A stretch of DNA of 63,127 nucleotides, the filler included, from Chiloscyllium plagiosum (lineage: Eukaryota), in the NCBI RefSeq assembly GCF_004010195.1. It is 6 parts of one record of this genome, joined end to end, with 100 filler letters (N's around TTAATTAATTAA, not from the genome) between each part and the next. Parts side by side here need not be neighbours in the genome. Positions count along the whole stretch, not along the records: positions 32,850 to 44,575 come from NC_057716.1; positions 44,676 to 51,795 come from NC_057716.1; 4 more parts are not named here. One strand, given 5' to 3'. Both the position numbers and the translations under genes were made by a program. Under the pieces are notes generated by a model that was not told where the DNA came from, did no database searches, and saw only the letters and a program-made list of their open reading frames with translations. The first letter of the stretch is position 1, and every line of letters begins with the position of its first letter. Below, piece after piece: positions 37,734-51,795 of the stretch.

Positions 37734-37839
37734 GACCTCAACATTCAGTTGAACAATTGCAACTTTCATCCTCTGCACTCATTTTGTTGACTTTGTTCAA
37801 AAAGTGGCTGTTGGTCAATCTGCCATTCACACCTTCTCT

Positions 37840-38490
37840 AGATTAGATTAGATTAGATTACATTACATTACAGTGTGGAAACAGGCCCTTCGGCCCAGCA
37901 AGTCCACACCGACCCGCCGAAGCGCAACCCACCCATACTCCTACATTTACCCATTACCTAACACTACGGGCAATTTAGTATTGCCAATTCACCTGACCTG
38001 CACATCTTTGAATTGTGGGAGGAAACCGGAGCACCCGGAGGAAACCCACGCAGACACGGGGAGAATGTGGGCGGCACGGTGGCACAGTGGTTAGCACTGC
38101 TGCCTCACAGCGCCAGAGACCCGGGTTCAATTCCCGCCTCAGGCGACTGACTGTGTGGAGTTTGCACGTTCTCCCCGTGTCTGCGTGGGTTTCCTCCGGG
38201 TGCTCCGGTTTCCTCCCACAGTCCAAAGATGTGCAGGTTAGGTGAATTGACCATGCTAAATTGCCCGTAGTGTTAGGTAAGGGGTAAATGTAGGGGTATG
38301 GGTGGGTTGCGCTTCGGCGGGGTGGTGTGGACTTGTTGGGCCGAAGGGCCTGTTTCCACACTGTAAGTAAGCTAATCTAATCTAATCTAATGTGCAAACT
38401 CCACACAGTCAGTCGCCTGAGGTGGGAATTGAACCCGGGTCTCAGGCGCTGTGAGGCAGCAATGCTAACCACTGTGCCACCGTGCCGCCC
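37840..38490 (-). mobile_element. HE1-type SINE interrupted by an antiparallel HE1 SINE (38070-38388, +)
   Basis: Outer copy split at GAGAATGTG/CAAACT; TSD AATGTG at 38064-38069 and 38389-38394. Confidence 0.92.
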
Positions 38491-39032
38491 ACTAGATTTG
38501 GTTATTTCCACTCCATTGGCCCCTTGCCACTGTTTTGGACATTTTGATCTCTCTTGTCTTCCCCTTTTTATTATAGACCTTTCTTCTAACCCTGTGTTAC
38601 TGGTTGTGGCTATAATCCATCACTTTCTAACCTTTTCCCACTTCTGACAGGAACAAAGAAACAGGAGGAAACCAATCAGTCCATCGAGCCATACAATCAT
38701 GGCTGATTGAACTCTTCAATGTCTTTTACCTACCCATCCTCATCACCCTGTACCCCAGTGGTAATCAGAAATCTGACTCACTCTAGCCTAAACATACTCA
38801 GTCTGAACTTCCACAACCCTCTGTGGTAGAGAATTCCGCAGGTTACAACGGAGTAAAAGAAATTCTCCTCATCTCCGTCCTCAATCTCATCCCCTATATT
38901 TTTTAAGTTCTGCCCTTTGGTTCCAGATTCCCAGTCAAGGAAAACATCTTACCTACATCTGTCCTGTCTATTCCTTTAAGTATTTTGTAAGCTTCATTCA
39001 CCTCTCATTCTTTGAAACGCTGGAGAATATAG

Positions 39033-39129
39033 CTGAAAATGTGTTGCTGGAAAAGCGCAGCAGGTCAGGCAGCATCCAAGGAGCAGGAGAATCGACGTTT
39101 CAGGCATGAGCCCTTCTTCAGGAATTCTC
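39033..39129 (-). mobile_element. Short hammerhead-bearing element
   Basis: Reverse complement CCTGAAGAAGGGCTCATGCCTGAAACGTC; 15-bp TSD CGCTGGAGAATATAG at 39018-39032 and 39130-39144. Confidence 0.8.
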
Positions 39130-41089
39130 CGCTGGAGAATATAGGCCCAGTTTGTCCAGATCTGAGTGGGGACCTGAACTTCTGGTCTTATTCCAACCTT
39201 GAGCTGAATTCCGAGGTGAGGTGACAATTCTTACCCGTGACATTGAGGCTGCATTTGACTGAGTTTGGTATGGAGGAGCTCCAGCAAAACATGACCAGTT
39301 CATTGCTGCTGTCTATTTTCTACCTGTTAGCCAGCTTTTACATTCCATGTGCTTTAATATGTTCCACCCAACCTCCTGCAGGGAGTTCGATTCTCAGAAG
39401 CTTTCTGATGAAGTATACTATAGCCATTGAGTCTCCTTTATCAATTTAGTTGATAAGATCTTCCAAAAGCCCTCACAAGATTGTCAAACATGATTTCCCA
39501 TTCTCAAATCCAAGCCTGACTCTGCCCAATCATCCAATTGTCTGATTATCTGATCCTTTATAATCGACTCTAACATTTTCCCTATTTCTGATGTTAGGCT
39601 AACAGTTCGGTAGTTCCCTATTTTCTCTCTCACTCCCTGCTGTGAGCCACAGCTGACTGACCTTGTTGGAGTTGTTGCACCTCTTAGGAATGTGTAGTTG
39701 CTGTAAATTACATAATAGTTATCTTTTTTAAAAATCCATTGCCCATGTTACTCGTTCCTTTTCATGTATTTTCCCAATCCATTCAGTCACTTTTTGCTCT
39801 TGTTTTCATAATCTCCCTTATTCACATTGACTGACTGGTCTTTGTTCAGATTGAGCTCCCTCCCTGGTCACCATGCAGCCATGTTTCTGGAATGATAATT
39901 AGATCGAACCTTTGCATCTGTATTAGCACCTACAGATTAACCACCTTGTTATGAATACTGTGTGCATTCAGAGAGAATGCTCTTAACTTTTGCCTTTTTG
40001 ACATTATTCCACTATTGAAGTGTACTCAATACTCTGCTTTGTTTATCCTGCCTTCTAGTCTCCCTAGCAAATTTTTGATTTCCTGTTACCAACTAAATTG
40101 CCTTCCAACTTGGCTTATCACTTGAGGTTTCTATCTCCTTTACGAAATAGTTTGAACCAACCCCAGCAGTGCTAGCATACAAGGAGCTTGACCTGGTCCT
40201 GTTAAGATGTATCATGTCCAGTTTGTGCAGGACTCACCAGCCCCAGAAGCAGTTCCAATCCTCCTAAATCTGGCCTCCCTTGTACACCAGTTCTTCAGCA
40301 ATCTTCTTCAAGCAGTCAGACCTTTCACTCTTCTACTCATGTCGTGTGACACTGGGAATGAACTCGTGGGAGTGAACCTCTGATACTGCTTTTTAATTTT
40401 CTTCCAAACTCATTGAAATCACAGATTTGTTACGGTGCAGAAAGAGGCTATTTGTCCCATTGTGCCTGCACTGGGCTCTTCTAATCAGCATCATTACCAA
40501 GTGCAAATTTGCCCCCTTTTCCCCCTTAATACTCACACTCACTCTATCTAAATAATTATTTATTGCCTCCATGAATCTGCCTGCATCACATTTCCTGGCA
40601 GTGAACTCCAGACCCTCATTACTCGTTGTGTGAAAACGTTTTCTCTTGCATTACCCTTGTTTTGTTTGCACTTTTAATCTATGCCCCTCTCATTCTTCCT
40701 CCTTTCTTTAACAGCGGGAACAGCTTCTCCTGCTGGACTCTGTCCAGCATTCTAATGATTTTGACAATCTGTACCAAATTATACTCTCAGCCTCCTCTCT
40801 CCAAGGAGAAGAGCCTCAACTTTGATCTCTCCTCAAACTGAAATTTCTAAGCCTTGGAACCTTTCTTGTAAATCACTTCTGCACTCTCTCCAATGCTTTC
40901 CCGTCTTTATGACAATGTGGTGCCCAGAATTATACACAGTAGTCCGAGCTGAGGTCTAACAAGTCTCATATCACCTCCTTGCTCTTGCAATCTGTGCTCC
41001 TATTAATAAAGCTGAGGCCACTGTGCCTCTCTCCAGATTAATTGCTCTCTCCAGATATCCCACGACCTTCAATGATCTGTGCACATAAA

Positions 41090-43763
41090 CAAGGTTTAGA
41101 ACATTTAAAAAGAACAGGGAGGGTGGAAAAAGAGGAGGGGGTGTAGCATTGTTAATCAGAGAGTGCATCACAGCTACAGAAACGAAGGTTGTTGAAGGTT
41201 TGTCTACTGAGTCAGTATAGGTGGGAGTTAGGAACAGCAAGGGAACAGTCACCGCATTGGGGGTTTTCTACAGACCCCCTAATAGCGGTAGAGAGATTGA
41301 AGATCTCATAGACCAGCAGATTCTGGAAAAATGCAGATGAAGCAGGGTTGTTGTTATGGGTGACTTTGACATTCCCAATATTGACTGGAACCTCCTTAGT
41401 GCAGATGGTTTGGATGGAGCCGTTTTTGTCAGGTGTTCCTTACTCAGTATGTAGACAGGCCGACGAGGAGAGAGGCCATTTTGGATTTGGTGCTCGGCAA
41501 CGCGCCAGGACAGGTGTCAGATCTCGCAGTGGGAGAACACTTTGATGATAGTGATCACAACTGCCTCACATTTACCATAGCCTTGGAGAGTGACAGGAGC
41601 AGTTACAGAGGGAAGATATTTACTTGGGGAAAAGGAAATTATGATATCAGACTGGGAGCAATTGTTCCACAGAAAGGGCACGGCAGACATGTAGAGATTA
41701 TTTAAGGAGCAGTTGTTGCGAGTGATGCATGAATTTGTTCCTCTGAGACAGGTAAGAAGGGGTAAGATTAAGGAACCTTGGATAACGAGAGCAGAGGAGC
41801 TTCTCGTCAAAAGGAAGAAGGCAGCTTACGTAAGGTGGAGGAAGCAAGGATTGAGCACAGCTTTAGAGGATTACAGGCTTACTAGAAAGGAGCTCAGAAA
41901 TGGACTGAGGGAAGTCAGGAGGGGGCATGAAAAAGGCTTGGCAGGAAGGATTAGGGTGAACCCAAAGGCATTTTACTTACACATGAGGAATAAGAGAATG
42001 ATCAGGGAGAAGGTAGGGCCGATCAGGGTTAGCGGAGGGAACTTGTGTGTGGAGTCTGAGCAGATAGGGGAAGCCCTAAATGAGTTTTTTGCTTCGGTTT
42101 TCACCAAGGAAAGGGAACTTGTTGTGAATGAGAACTTTGAGGAGCTGGGATACAGGCTTGAACAGATCAAGATTGATGAAGTTGATGTGTTGGAAATTTT
42201 GGCAAACATTCAGAATGATAAGTCCCCAGGGCCAGACCAGATTTATCCGAGGCTGCTACGGGAACCGAGAAAGGAGGTTGCTAAGCCGCTGGCAAAGATC
42301 TTTGCTTCCTCGCTGTCCACGGGAGTCATACCAGAGGATTGGAAGGAGGCGAATGTTGTTCCTCTTTTCGAGCAGGGGAATAGGAAAATTGCTGGCAATT
42401 ACAGACCAGTCAGTCTGACATCTGTAGTCAGCAAAGTTTTGGAAAGAATTCTGAAGGATGGGATTTATGACTATTTGGAAAATAATACTGTGATTAAAGA
42501 CAATCAGCATGGCTTTGTGAGGGGCAGGACATGCCTCACAAATTTTATTGAGTTCTTTGAGGAATTGACGAGGCAGGTTAAAGAGGGTCGAGGAGTGGAT
42601 GTGGTGTATATGGACTTCAGCAAGGCATTTTATAGGGTTCTTCATGATAGCCTCATTCATAAAGTCAGGAAGTATGGGATGCAGGGACATTTGGCTATCT
42701 GGATTTAGAATTGGTTAGCTGACAGAAGGCAGAGAGTGGTTGTAGATGGAAAGTATTCTGCCTGGAGGACAGTGTTGAGTGGTGTCCCGCAGGGCTCTGT
42801 TCTTGGTAGTTTTTATAAATGATTTGGATGAGGACGTTGAGGGGTAGGTTAGTAAATTTGCAGATGACACAAAGTTTGAAGGTGTCGTTGATAGTATCGA
42901 GGGCTATTGCAGGCTGCAGTGCAACATTGACAGGGTGTAGAGCTGGGTTGAGAAATGGCAAGTGGAGTTCAACCTGGGTAAATGCGAAGTGACTCATTTT
43001 GGAAGGTCAAACATGAGTGCTAAATATAGGATTAATGACAGGATTCTTGGCAGTGTGGAGGAACAGAGGGATCTGGGTGTGCAAGTGCATAGATCCCTGA
43101 AAGTTACCACCCAAGTGGATAAGGTTGTTAAGAAAGCATTTGGTATTTTGGCTTTCATTAACAGGGGCATTGAGTTTAAGGGCCTTGAGGTTTTGCTGCA
43201 GCTCTACAAAACTCTGGTGAGACCACACTTGGTATATTGTGTCCAGTTCTGGTCGCCCTACTATAGTAAAGATACAGAGGCTTTGGAGAGGGTGCAAAGA
43301 AGGTTTACCAGGATGCTGCCTGGACTGGAGGGCTTGCCTTATGAAGAGAGGTTGAATAAGCTCAGACTTTTCTCTCTGGAGAGAAGGAGGAAGAGAGGAG
43401 ACCTGATTGAGGTAATGAGAGGCATGGATAGAGTCAATAGCTAGTGACTTTTCCCCAGGGCAGGATTGACTGGCACGGGGTGGGGTCATAGTTTGAAGAT
43501 ATTAGGAGGAAGGTATAAAGGAGACGTCAGAGATAGGTTCTTTATGCAGAGAGTTGTGAATGCATGGAGTGAGTTACCAGCGGTGGTCGTGGAAGCAGAG
43601 TCATTGGGGACATTTAAGCGACTGCTGGACATGCACTTGGACAGCAGTGAGATGAGGGATGCATAGGTTAGGTTATTTTATTTTAGGTTAGGGATAATCC
43701 TTGGCATGACATCATGGGCTGAAGGGCCTGTACTGTGCTGTACTTTTCTATGTGCTGTGTTCA
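41090..43763 (+). mobile_element. CR1-clade LINE, most of ORF2 (APE, RT, C-terminus) plus 3' tail; stops and frameshifts
   Basis: ORFs 41433..41705 (ILDLVLGN, SDHN), 41713..42708 (RT), 42962..43444. Confidence 0.92.
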
Positions 43764-44157
43764 TAAACAGCCAGGTTCCTCTGTTCCAGCTTCTCCTTTC
43801 AAATTGTAACCTTTATTTTATATTGTCTTACAAAGTCCTTCTGATCAAAGTGCATCACCTTATACTTCTCTGAATTGAACCTCACCTGCCACCTATCCGC
43901 CCACTCCAGAAGGACATTGACAAATTAGTGGAGTTTCTCACTGCCCTATTCATAGTTTACGATTCTTCCAAATTTGGTACCAACATAGTCCATGATTCTG
44001 ACTGATTCTTCCCCCTCACCTAGAAAGATGTCTGTGATATCCTCGATCCTGGCATCAGGGAAGAAACGCACCATCCTAGAATCACATTACCTGGTGCAGA
44101 AACAGCTGCCTGATTCTCTGACCATGGGCTTCCCCATAGCTATTGCTCATCCTTTAA

Positions 44158-45260
44158 CATAGAACATAGAACATAGAAGAATACAGCGCAGTACAGGCCC
44201 TTGGGCCCTCGATGTTGCGCCGATCCAAGCCCACCTAAACTACACTAACCCACTATCCTCCATATACCTATCCAATGCCCTCTTAAATGCCCATAAAGAG
44301 GGAGAGTCCACCACTGTTACTGGCAGGGCATTCCATGAACTAACGACTCGCTGAGTGAAGAACCTACCCCTAACATCTGTCCTATATCTACCCCCCCTTA
44401 ATTTAAAGCTATGCCCCCTTGTAATACCCGACTCAATACGCGGGAAAAGGTTCATACTGTCGACCCTATCTAACCCCCTAATCATCTTGTACACCTCAAT
44501 CAAGTCACCCCTAAACCTTCTTTTCTCTAGTGAAAACAGCCCCAAGTGCCTCAGTCTCTCCTCATACGATTTTCCNNNNNNNNNNNNNNNNNNNNNNNNN
44601 NNNNNNNNNNNNNNNNNNNTTAATTAATTAANNNNNNNNNNNNNNNNNNNNNNNNNNNNNNNNNNNNNNNNNNNNATTCCTATCCTAGTCATTCTTTTAT
44701 TCCTAACATACCTATAGAAAGCCTTAGGGTTTTCCCTAATCCTATCTACTAATGACCTTTCATGTCCCCTCCTTGCTGCTTTTAGCTCTCTCTTCAGGTC
44801 CTTCCTGGCTACCCTATAACTCTCAATCGCCCCAATTGAACCTTCACGTCTCATCTTGAGATAGGCCGCCCTCTTCTATTTAACAAGGGATTCCAATTCC
44901 TTATTAAACCACGGCTCCCTCGCACGACCCTTTCCTACCTGCCTGACCGGTACATAATTATCAAGGACACTCAATAGTTGCCCCTTGAACAAGTTCCACA
45001 TATCATTTACACTCTTGCCTTGGAGTCTACTTTTCCAAGCCACACATCCTAAGTCATGCCTCACCGCATCATAATTTCCCTTACCCCAGCTATAATTCTT
45101 GCCCTGTAGTACACACTTATCCCTCTCCATCACGAGTGTAAAAATCACCGAATTATGGTCACTATCCCCAAAGTGCTCACCTACCTCTAATTCTAACACC
45201 TGGCCTGGTTCGTTACCCAGAACCAAATCCAGTATGGCCTCACCTCTTGTTGGCCTTTCT
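44158..45260 (-). mobile_element. CR1-clade LINE pieces on both sides of a gap
   Basis: (ACATAGA)n tail; ORFs 44240..44545 and 44876..45271(-). Confidence 0.85.
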
Positions 45261-45692
45261 TCTCCCTCCACCCTTAGCTGGTGCCATGGACATGGGTCTG
45301 GCTGTGTTCCCCTGAGAAATCATCACTCTCCAGTTTCCAAACAAAATACCAATTGGTAAGCATGATGGAGTCAGGGACTCCTATATTTCCTGCCCCGTTT
45401 ACTTAGGGTGTCTGATAACCACCCATTCCCCTTCTCCCTTTCCACTTCTAATCTGCTGTGTGATCACCACCAATCCATTCTATCCATGTAGTTCACTGCC
45501 TTGGAAGTGTACAGCAGTGACTTTAGCCACTGGTCATATTCCACAGCCTGGAACTCAGGCTCCTGCCAGTGGTGACACTTCGTGTGCGTGCGTGCGTGCG
45601 TGCGTGCGTGTGTGTGTGTATCTTAGATATAGCACAGGATGTACACCCCACATGACACTGCTGACCTGCCATCCCTTGGCACCAGACACTGT

Positions 45693-46010
45693 TTTAGATT
45701 AGATACCCTACAGTGTGGAGACCGGTCCTTCAACCCAACCAGTCCACACCGACCCTCCGAAGAGTAACCCACCCAGACCCATTCCCCTCTGACTAATGCA
45801 CCTAACACTATGGGCAATGTAGCATGGCCAGTTCACCTGACCTGCACATCTTTGTGACTGTGGGAGGAAACCGGAGCACCCGGAGGAAACCCACGCAGAC
45901 ACGGGGAGAATGTGCAAACTCCACACAGAGAGTCGCCCGAGGCTGGAATCGAACCCTGGTCCCTGGTGCTGTGAGGCAGCAGTGCTAACCACTGAGCCAC
46001 CGTGCTGCCC
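45693..46010 (-). mobile_element. HE1-type V-SINE
   Basis: Full consensus in reverse complement. Confidence 0.88.
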
Positions 46011-46279
46011 ACTTGTCACCCTTAGTCAGTATGAACTTACAATGAGCACTTCACAAGCACTCTCTCAAAAAAAAGGAGGAAAAATGACGAGAGGCAAACA
46101 CTAATTAATACCAACTTCACTATAAAGATTAGAAATACTGACACTCACCAATCAGTTCTTTCCATGTAGTTATGACATCACTCTGCAATCGGTGTCCGTG
46201 CAGGAAGGTTTCTCGATCTGTGCCCTCTTTATTTTGCAATAAGCCTTCATTATTGGGGGAGTACTTTGGGGCCAGCGGT

Positions 46280-46952
46280 CATAATTCAATTAGAGTTAAA
46301 ATAGTGATGGAAAAGGATAGACCAGATCTAAAAGTTGAAATTCTAAATTGAAGAAAGGCTAATTTTGACGGTATTAGGTAAGAACTTTCAAAAGCTGATT
46401 GGGGCAGATGTTCGCAGGTAAAGGGATGGCTGAAAAATGGGAAGCCTTCAGAAATGAGATAACGAGAATCCAGAGAAAGTATATTCCTGTCAGGGTGAAA
46501 GGGAAGGCTAGTAGGTATAGGGAATGCTGGATGACTAAAGAAATTGAGGGTTTGGTTAAGAAAAAGAAGGAAGCATATGTAAGGTATAGACAAGATAGAT
46601 CGAGTGAATCCTTAGAAGAGTATATAGACAGTAGGAATATACTTAAGAGGGAAATCAGGAGGGCAAAAAAGGGACATGAGATAGCTTTGGGAAATAGAAT
46701 TAAGGAGAATCCAAAGGGTTTTTACAAATACATTAAGGACAAAAGGGTAACTAGGGAGAGAATAGGGTCCCTCAAAGATCAGCAAGACGGCCTTTGTGTG
46801 GAGCCACAGAAAATGGGGGAGATACTAAATGAATATTTTGCATCAATATTTATTGTGGAAAAGGATATGGAAGATATAGACTGTCGGGAAATAGATGGTG
46901 ACACCGTGCAAAATGTCCATATTACAGAACAGGAAGTGCTGGATGTCTTGAA
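46280..46952 (+). mobile_element. CR1 ORF2 linker fragment
   Basis: ORF 46399..47025 ECWMTKEI, KENPKGFYKYI, ILNEYFASIF. Confidence 0.85.
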
Positions 46953-47555
46953 ACACAGAGCAGAGGAAAATCACCTATACCGTGTATTCAAAAAGAATGG
47001 GTACCCAATGAACACAGTCAACTGATTTCTCAGCAACAAACCCAAACGAGCAGACAAAACATGTCCAGAAACCCTAGCCACTCTACCCACGTCAAATACA
47101 TCTCGGAAATGACTGCCAGACTACTCAGACCCCTTGGCATCATGGTAGCCTACAAACCAACCAACACACTAAAACAGCAGCTAATGAACTTGAAAGAACC
47201 TATACAGGCAACAAGCAAAACTAATGTCATTTACAAAATACTGTGCAAGGACTGTAACAAACACTACATTGGACAAATAGGCAGAAAACTAGTCACCAGG
47301 ATACATGAACACCAACTAGCCACAAAGACATGACCCTCTCTCACTACTATCCTTACATACAAATGAAGAAGGACACCATTTCAACTGGGACAACACATCC
47401 ATCCTAGGACATAAACAAAGACACGCACGAGAATTCCTAGAAGCATGGCATTCCAACCAGAACTCTATCAATAAACACATCGAGTTAGACCCCATCTACC
47501 ACCCCCTGAGAAAAAGAACAGGAAGTGACTTCATTACAGGAAATGTCATCACCAA
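46953..47555 (+). mobile_element. Penelope-like 3' fragment (GIY-YIG)
   Basis: RAEENHLYRVFKKNGYP; NVIYKILCKDCNKHYIGQIGR. Confidence 0.85.
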
Positions 47556-47629
47556 CGGCCTGCCTGCAACAGTAGTAGAATGGCTGACATTAAGGGCATT
47601 TAAATGGGCATTGAATATACAGATGGATA

Positions 47630-48800
47630 ATGATACATATGCAACATGGCTTTGTGTGTGGGAAATCATGTCTCTCAAACTTGATTGAAGATGTAACAAA
47701 GAGGATTGATGAGGGCAGACTGGTAGACGTGATCTATATGGACTTCAGTAAGGCATTCGACCAGGTTCCCCATGGGAGACTGATTAGCAAGGTTAGATCT
47801 CATGGAATACAGGGAGAACTAGCCATTTGGATACAGAACTGGCTCAAAGGTAGAAGACAGAGGGTGGTNNNNNNNNNNNNNNNNNNNNNNNNNNNNNNNN
47901 NNNNNNNNNNNNNNNNNNNNNNNNNNNNNNNNNNNNNNNNNNNNNNNNNNNNNNNNNNNNNNNNNNNNNNNNNNNNNNNNNNNNNNNNNNNNNNNNNNNN
48001 NNNNNNNNNNNNNNNNNNNNNNNNNNNNNNNNNNNNNNNNNNTATTGGTCAGAGTATTGAGTACAGGAGTTGGGAGGTCATGTTGCGACTATACAGGACA
48101 CTGGTTAGGCCACTGTTGGAATATTGCGTACAATTCTGGTCTCCTTCCTATCGGTAAGATGTTGTGGAACTTGAAAAGGTTCAGAAAAGATTTACAAGGA
48201 TGTTGCCAGGGTTGGAAGATTTGAGCTCTGGGGAGAGGCTGAACAGGCTGGGGCTGTTTTCCCTGGAGCGTCAGAGGCTGAGGGGTGACCTTATAGAGGT
48301 TTAGGCGATAGGGCCTGTGCCCGAAACGTCGAATCTCCTGTTCCCTGGATGCTGCCTGACCTGCTGTGCTGTTCCAGCAATAAAGTTTCAACTTTGATCT
48401 CCAGCATCTGCAGACCTCACTTTCTCCTTATAGAGGTTTACAAAATTATGAGGGGCATGGATAGGGTAAAAAAACAAAGTCTTTTCCCTGGGGTCGGGGA
48501 GTCCAGAACTAGAGGGCATAGGTTTAGTGTGAGAGGGGAAAGATATAAAAGAGACCTACGGGGCAACATTTTCAAGCAGAGGGTGGTACGTGTATGGAAT
48601 GAGCTGCCAGAGGATGTGGTGGAGGCTGGTATAATTGCACCATTTAAGAGGCATTTGGATGGGTATATGAATAGGAAGGATTTGGAGGGATATGGGCCGG
48701 GAGCTGGCAGGTGGGGCTAGAGTGGGTTGGGATATCAGGTCGGCATGGACGGGGTTGGCCCAAAAGGGTCTGTTTCCGTGCTGTACATCTCTATGACTCT
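47630..48800 (+). mobile_element. CR1 RT to 3' tail, spanning a 174-N gap (47869-48042)
   Basis: [40 protein letters not shown]. Confidence 0.85.
48304..48425 (+). mobile_element. Short hammerhead-family element (5' core lost)
   Basis: GGGC-CTGT-GCCC-GAAACGTC; 15-bp TSD CCTTATAGAGGTTTA at 48289-48303 and 48426-48440. Confidence 0.8.
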
Positions 48801-49829
48801 ATTATAGCACCTGTTTATCCGTTTGCAATGAATTCCCACATTCCCAGTTACTCGTTCTGTCTCAAACCCATTCCAGTGCAGTCTCCCTCACTTTGACTGT
48901 CTGTGCACTTTGAACTAGCTGTAATATGGGGAGCTCTGACGAGGCTCTGGTCGGTCTTAACCTGCTGCTACAGTAATCAGCACCGAATTCAGGCAGAAAT
49001 TTCAGGTGGTTGATGGATAATTTTCATTGTTGTGCAGTTGTCTTTTAACTTCCTTAGAACCTATTGGTTCTAGGTCTGATCCTGACTCTTATGCTATAAC
49101 TAAACTTGCAAAAAATTTACTGGTTGAATTCCATTTTGATCTAAATTCTCAGATACTCACTCTGTCTGAGTGAAGTGAAGTTTCCTTTATTCTGTCTGTG
49201 TGGTTTATCCTGTTGAAAATTTGCAGACCAGATATGTAACATTGTTTCTCTCTCCATAAACGTTCTTGGATCTGCTGAGTGTTTCCAGCGTTTTTCTTTT
49301 TCTTTTATTTCCATTATTTGCAATGTCTTGCTTTTATCATAGAATCAGGGAATATTTGCAGCACAGAGGGGAGGCCATTCAGTCCCTCATGTTTGTACTG
49401 ATTCTGTAAGAGCAACTTACCTAGTCTCACATGCCCACCTTTTTTCCTCATAGCATTGTAACTTTTTTCCGTTTCAGATAGTAATCCAATTCCTCCTTAA
49501 ACACGTCAATTAAACTTACCTCCATGTTGCTCTTGAACAATGCATTCTAGATCTTGCTGCAGGAAAATGTTTCTCTTTGTGTCACCATTCCTTCTTTCTC
49601 CAACAACCTTAAACCTGTACCCTTTAACTCTGTGCCTAATTTTAACTGTGCCTAACTTGGTGACATCAGCCCGTGGAAATCCAGATCAAAGTCATTGATG
49701 TTCTCAGAAACAGAGTTGGCTCCAAATCCTGTGAGGAGGCACCTTGACCCTTTCCAAGAAACGTAAACATTCTGTCTCATGCCCTCTAAGCAGTGCTTAA
49801 TCTCACCTTGCTTTGGAGATGTCGGTGTT

Positions 49830-51795
49830 GGACTGGGGTGTACAAAGGGCTCTGGACAGGATGAGCCAGCTGACCATGGCACCATGGTGCAGAAGGCCAT
49901 TCAAGAGGAGGGAGCAAAAAGACAAGTAGTTGTTATAGGGGATTCTATAATTAGGGGGACATATAGCATCCTATCCACGCCAGATCAGGAGACTCGCATG
50001 GTGTGTTGCCTGCCCAGTGCCAGGGTGCGGGACATCTCCGACCAGCTTGAAAGGATATTGGAGCGGGAGGGGGAGGATCCAGTTGTTGTGGTCCACGTTG
50101 GGACTAACAACATAGGCAAAGCTAGGGTGGAGGACCTGTTTGGGGATTATCGAGCACTAGGAAGGAAATTGAAGTACAGGTCCTCAAGGGTCATAATCTC
50201 CGGATTACTGCCCGAGCCACGTGCCAATTGGCATAGGGACAAGAAAATTAGGCAAGTAAACACGTGGCTAAGGGATTGGTGTGGGAAAGAGGGATTCCAT
50301 TTCATGGGGCATTGGCATCAGTTTTGGAACGGGGGGGGATCTGTACCGTTGGGACGGTCTCCACCTGAACCGATCTGGTACCAATGTTCTAGCGAAGAGG
50401 ATAAATAGGGTGGTCAGTAGGACTTTAAACTTCTGAGTTGGGGGGAAGGGAAAGTGAAAGCGACAGGGAGTATGGAGTTAAATGGAAAGATAAGCAGGAG
50501 GATAGCATGTATGCAGGTGGATTTAACCTTGAGGCAGATTAGGAATGCAACAAAAAGGAAGGATAACTTAGGACATCTTATGACTTCCAGTATCTCTAAT
50601 GATAAAAAAGTTAGCATTAAGGCACTTTACCTGAATGCTCGTAGCATTCGTAACAAAGCAGATGAACTAACGGCACAGATCATTGTGAATGATTATGATG
50701 TGGGCATCACAGAGACATGGTTTCAGGGGGTTCAGGACTGGCAGTTAAACATCCAAGGATTTACAACTTATCGAAAAGACAGGGAGGTGGGCAGAGGGGG
50801 TGGGGTGGCCTTGTTAGTTAAGAACAAAATTAAATCTATGGCACTGAATGACATAGGGTCGGATGATGTGGAGTCTGTGTGGGTGGAATTGAGGAACCAC
50901 AAAGGCAAAAAAAAACCATAGTGGGAGTTATGTACAGTCCTCCTAACAGTGCTCAGGACCAGGGGCGCAACATGTACCGGGAAATAGAAAAGGCATGTCA
51001 GAAAGGCAAGGTCACGGGTGATCATGGGGGACTTCAAAATGCAGGTGGACTGGGTAAATAATGTTGCCAGTGGATCCAAAGAAAGGGAATTCATGGAATG
51101 CTTACAGGATGGCTTTTTGGAACAGCTTGTCATGGAGCCCACAAGGGAGCAGGCTATTTTGGACCTAGTGCTATGCAATGAACCACACTTTATAAAAGAT
51201 CTTAAAGTAAGGGAACACTTAGGAAGCAGCGATCATAATATGGTAGAGCTCAGTCTGCAGTTTGAAAGAGAGAAGGCAAAATCGGATGTAATGGTGTTAT
51301 ATTTAAACAAAGGTAATTACAGGGGCATGAGAGAGGAACTGACGAAAATCGATTGGAAGCAGAGCCTAGCGGGGAAGACAGTAGAGCAAAAATGGCAGGA
51401 TTTTGTGGGTATAATTGAGAACACAGTACAGTGGTTCATTCCCAAGAAAAGAAAGATTATCCGGGGAGGGATTAGACAGCCATGGCTGACAAAGGAAGTC
51501 AGGAAATGTATCAAAGAAAAAGAGAGATCCTATAAAGTGGCCAAGAGCACTGGGAAATCAGAAGATTGGGAAGGCTACAAAAACAAACAGAGGATAACAA
51601 AAAGAGAAATAAGGAAGGAGAGGATCAAACATGAAGGTAGGTTAGCCAGTAATACTAGAAATGAAAGTAAAAGTTTCTTTCAATACATAAGAAACAAACG
51701 ACAGGCAAAAGTAGACACTGGGCCACTTCAAACTGATGCTGGAAGCCTAGTGATGGGAGATAAGGAAATAGCAGGAGAACCTAATAAGTACTTTG
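49830..51795 (+). mobile_element. CR1-clade LINE 5' half: ORF1 SGNH/GDSL esterase and ORF2 APE endonuclease
   Basis: VVVIGDSIIRG, VHVGTNNIG; YLNARSI, GITETW, MGDF, ILDLVLCN, GSSDHN. Confidence 0.92.

Noticed and set aside
38070..38145. tRNA-like sequences in SINE heads as tRNA genes
   Set aside because: They are 5' parts of HE1 SINEs, followed by the V-core and LINE-derived tail
49660..49720. CAG/CCCGTGG (P-W) as the missing ATG9A exon
   Set aside because: Wrong phase, translation PWKSRSKSLMF does not match PWHHIENLDLFF, and no ATATCC donor follows
49779..50408. GDSL/SGNH esterase ORF as a host or horizontally acquired gene
   Set aside because: Known ORF1 domain of CR1-clade LINEs; directly followed by APE endonuclease and repeated at ~5400 and 25066
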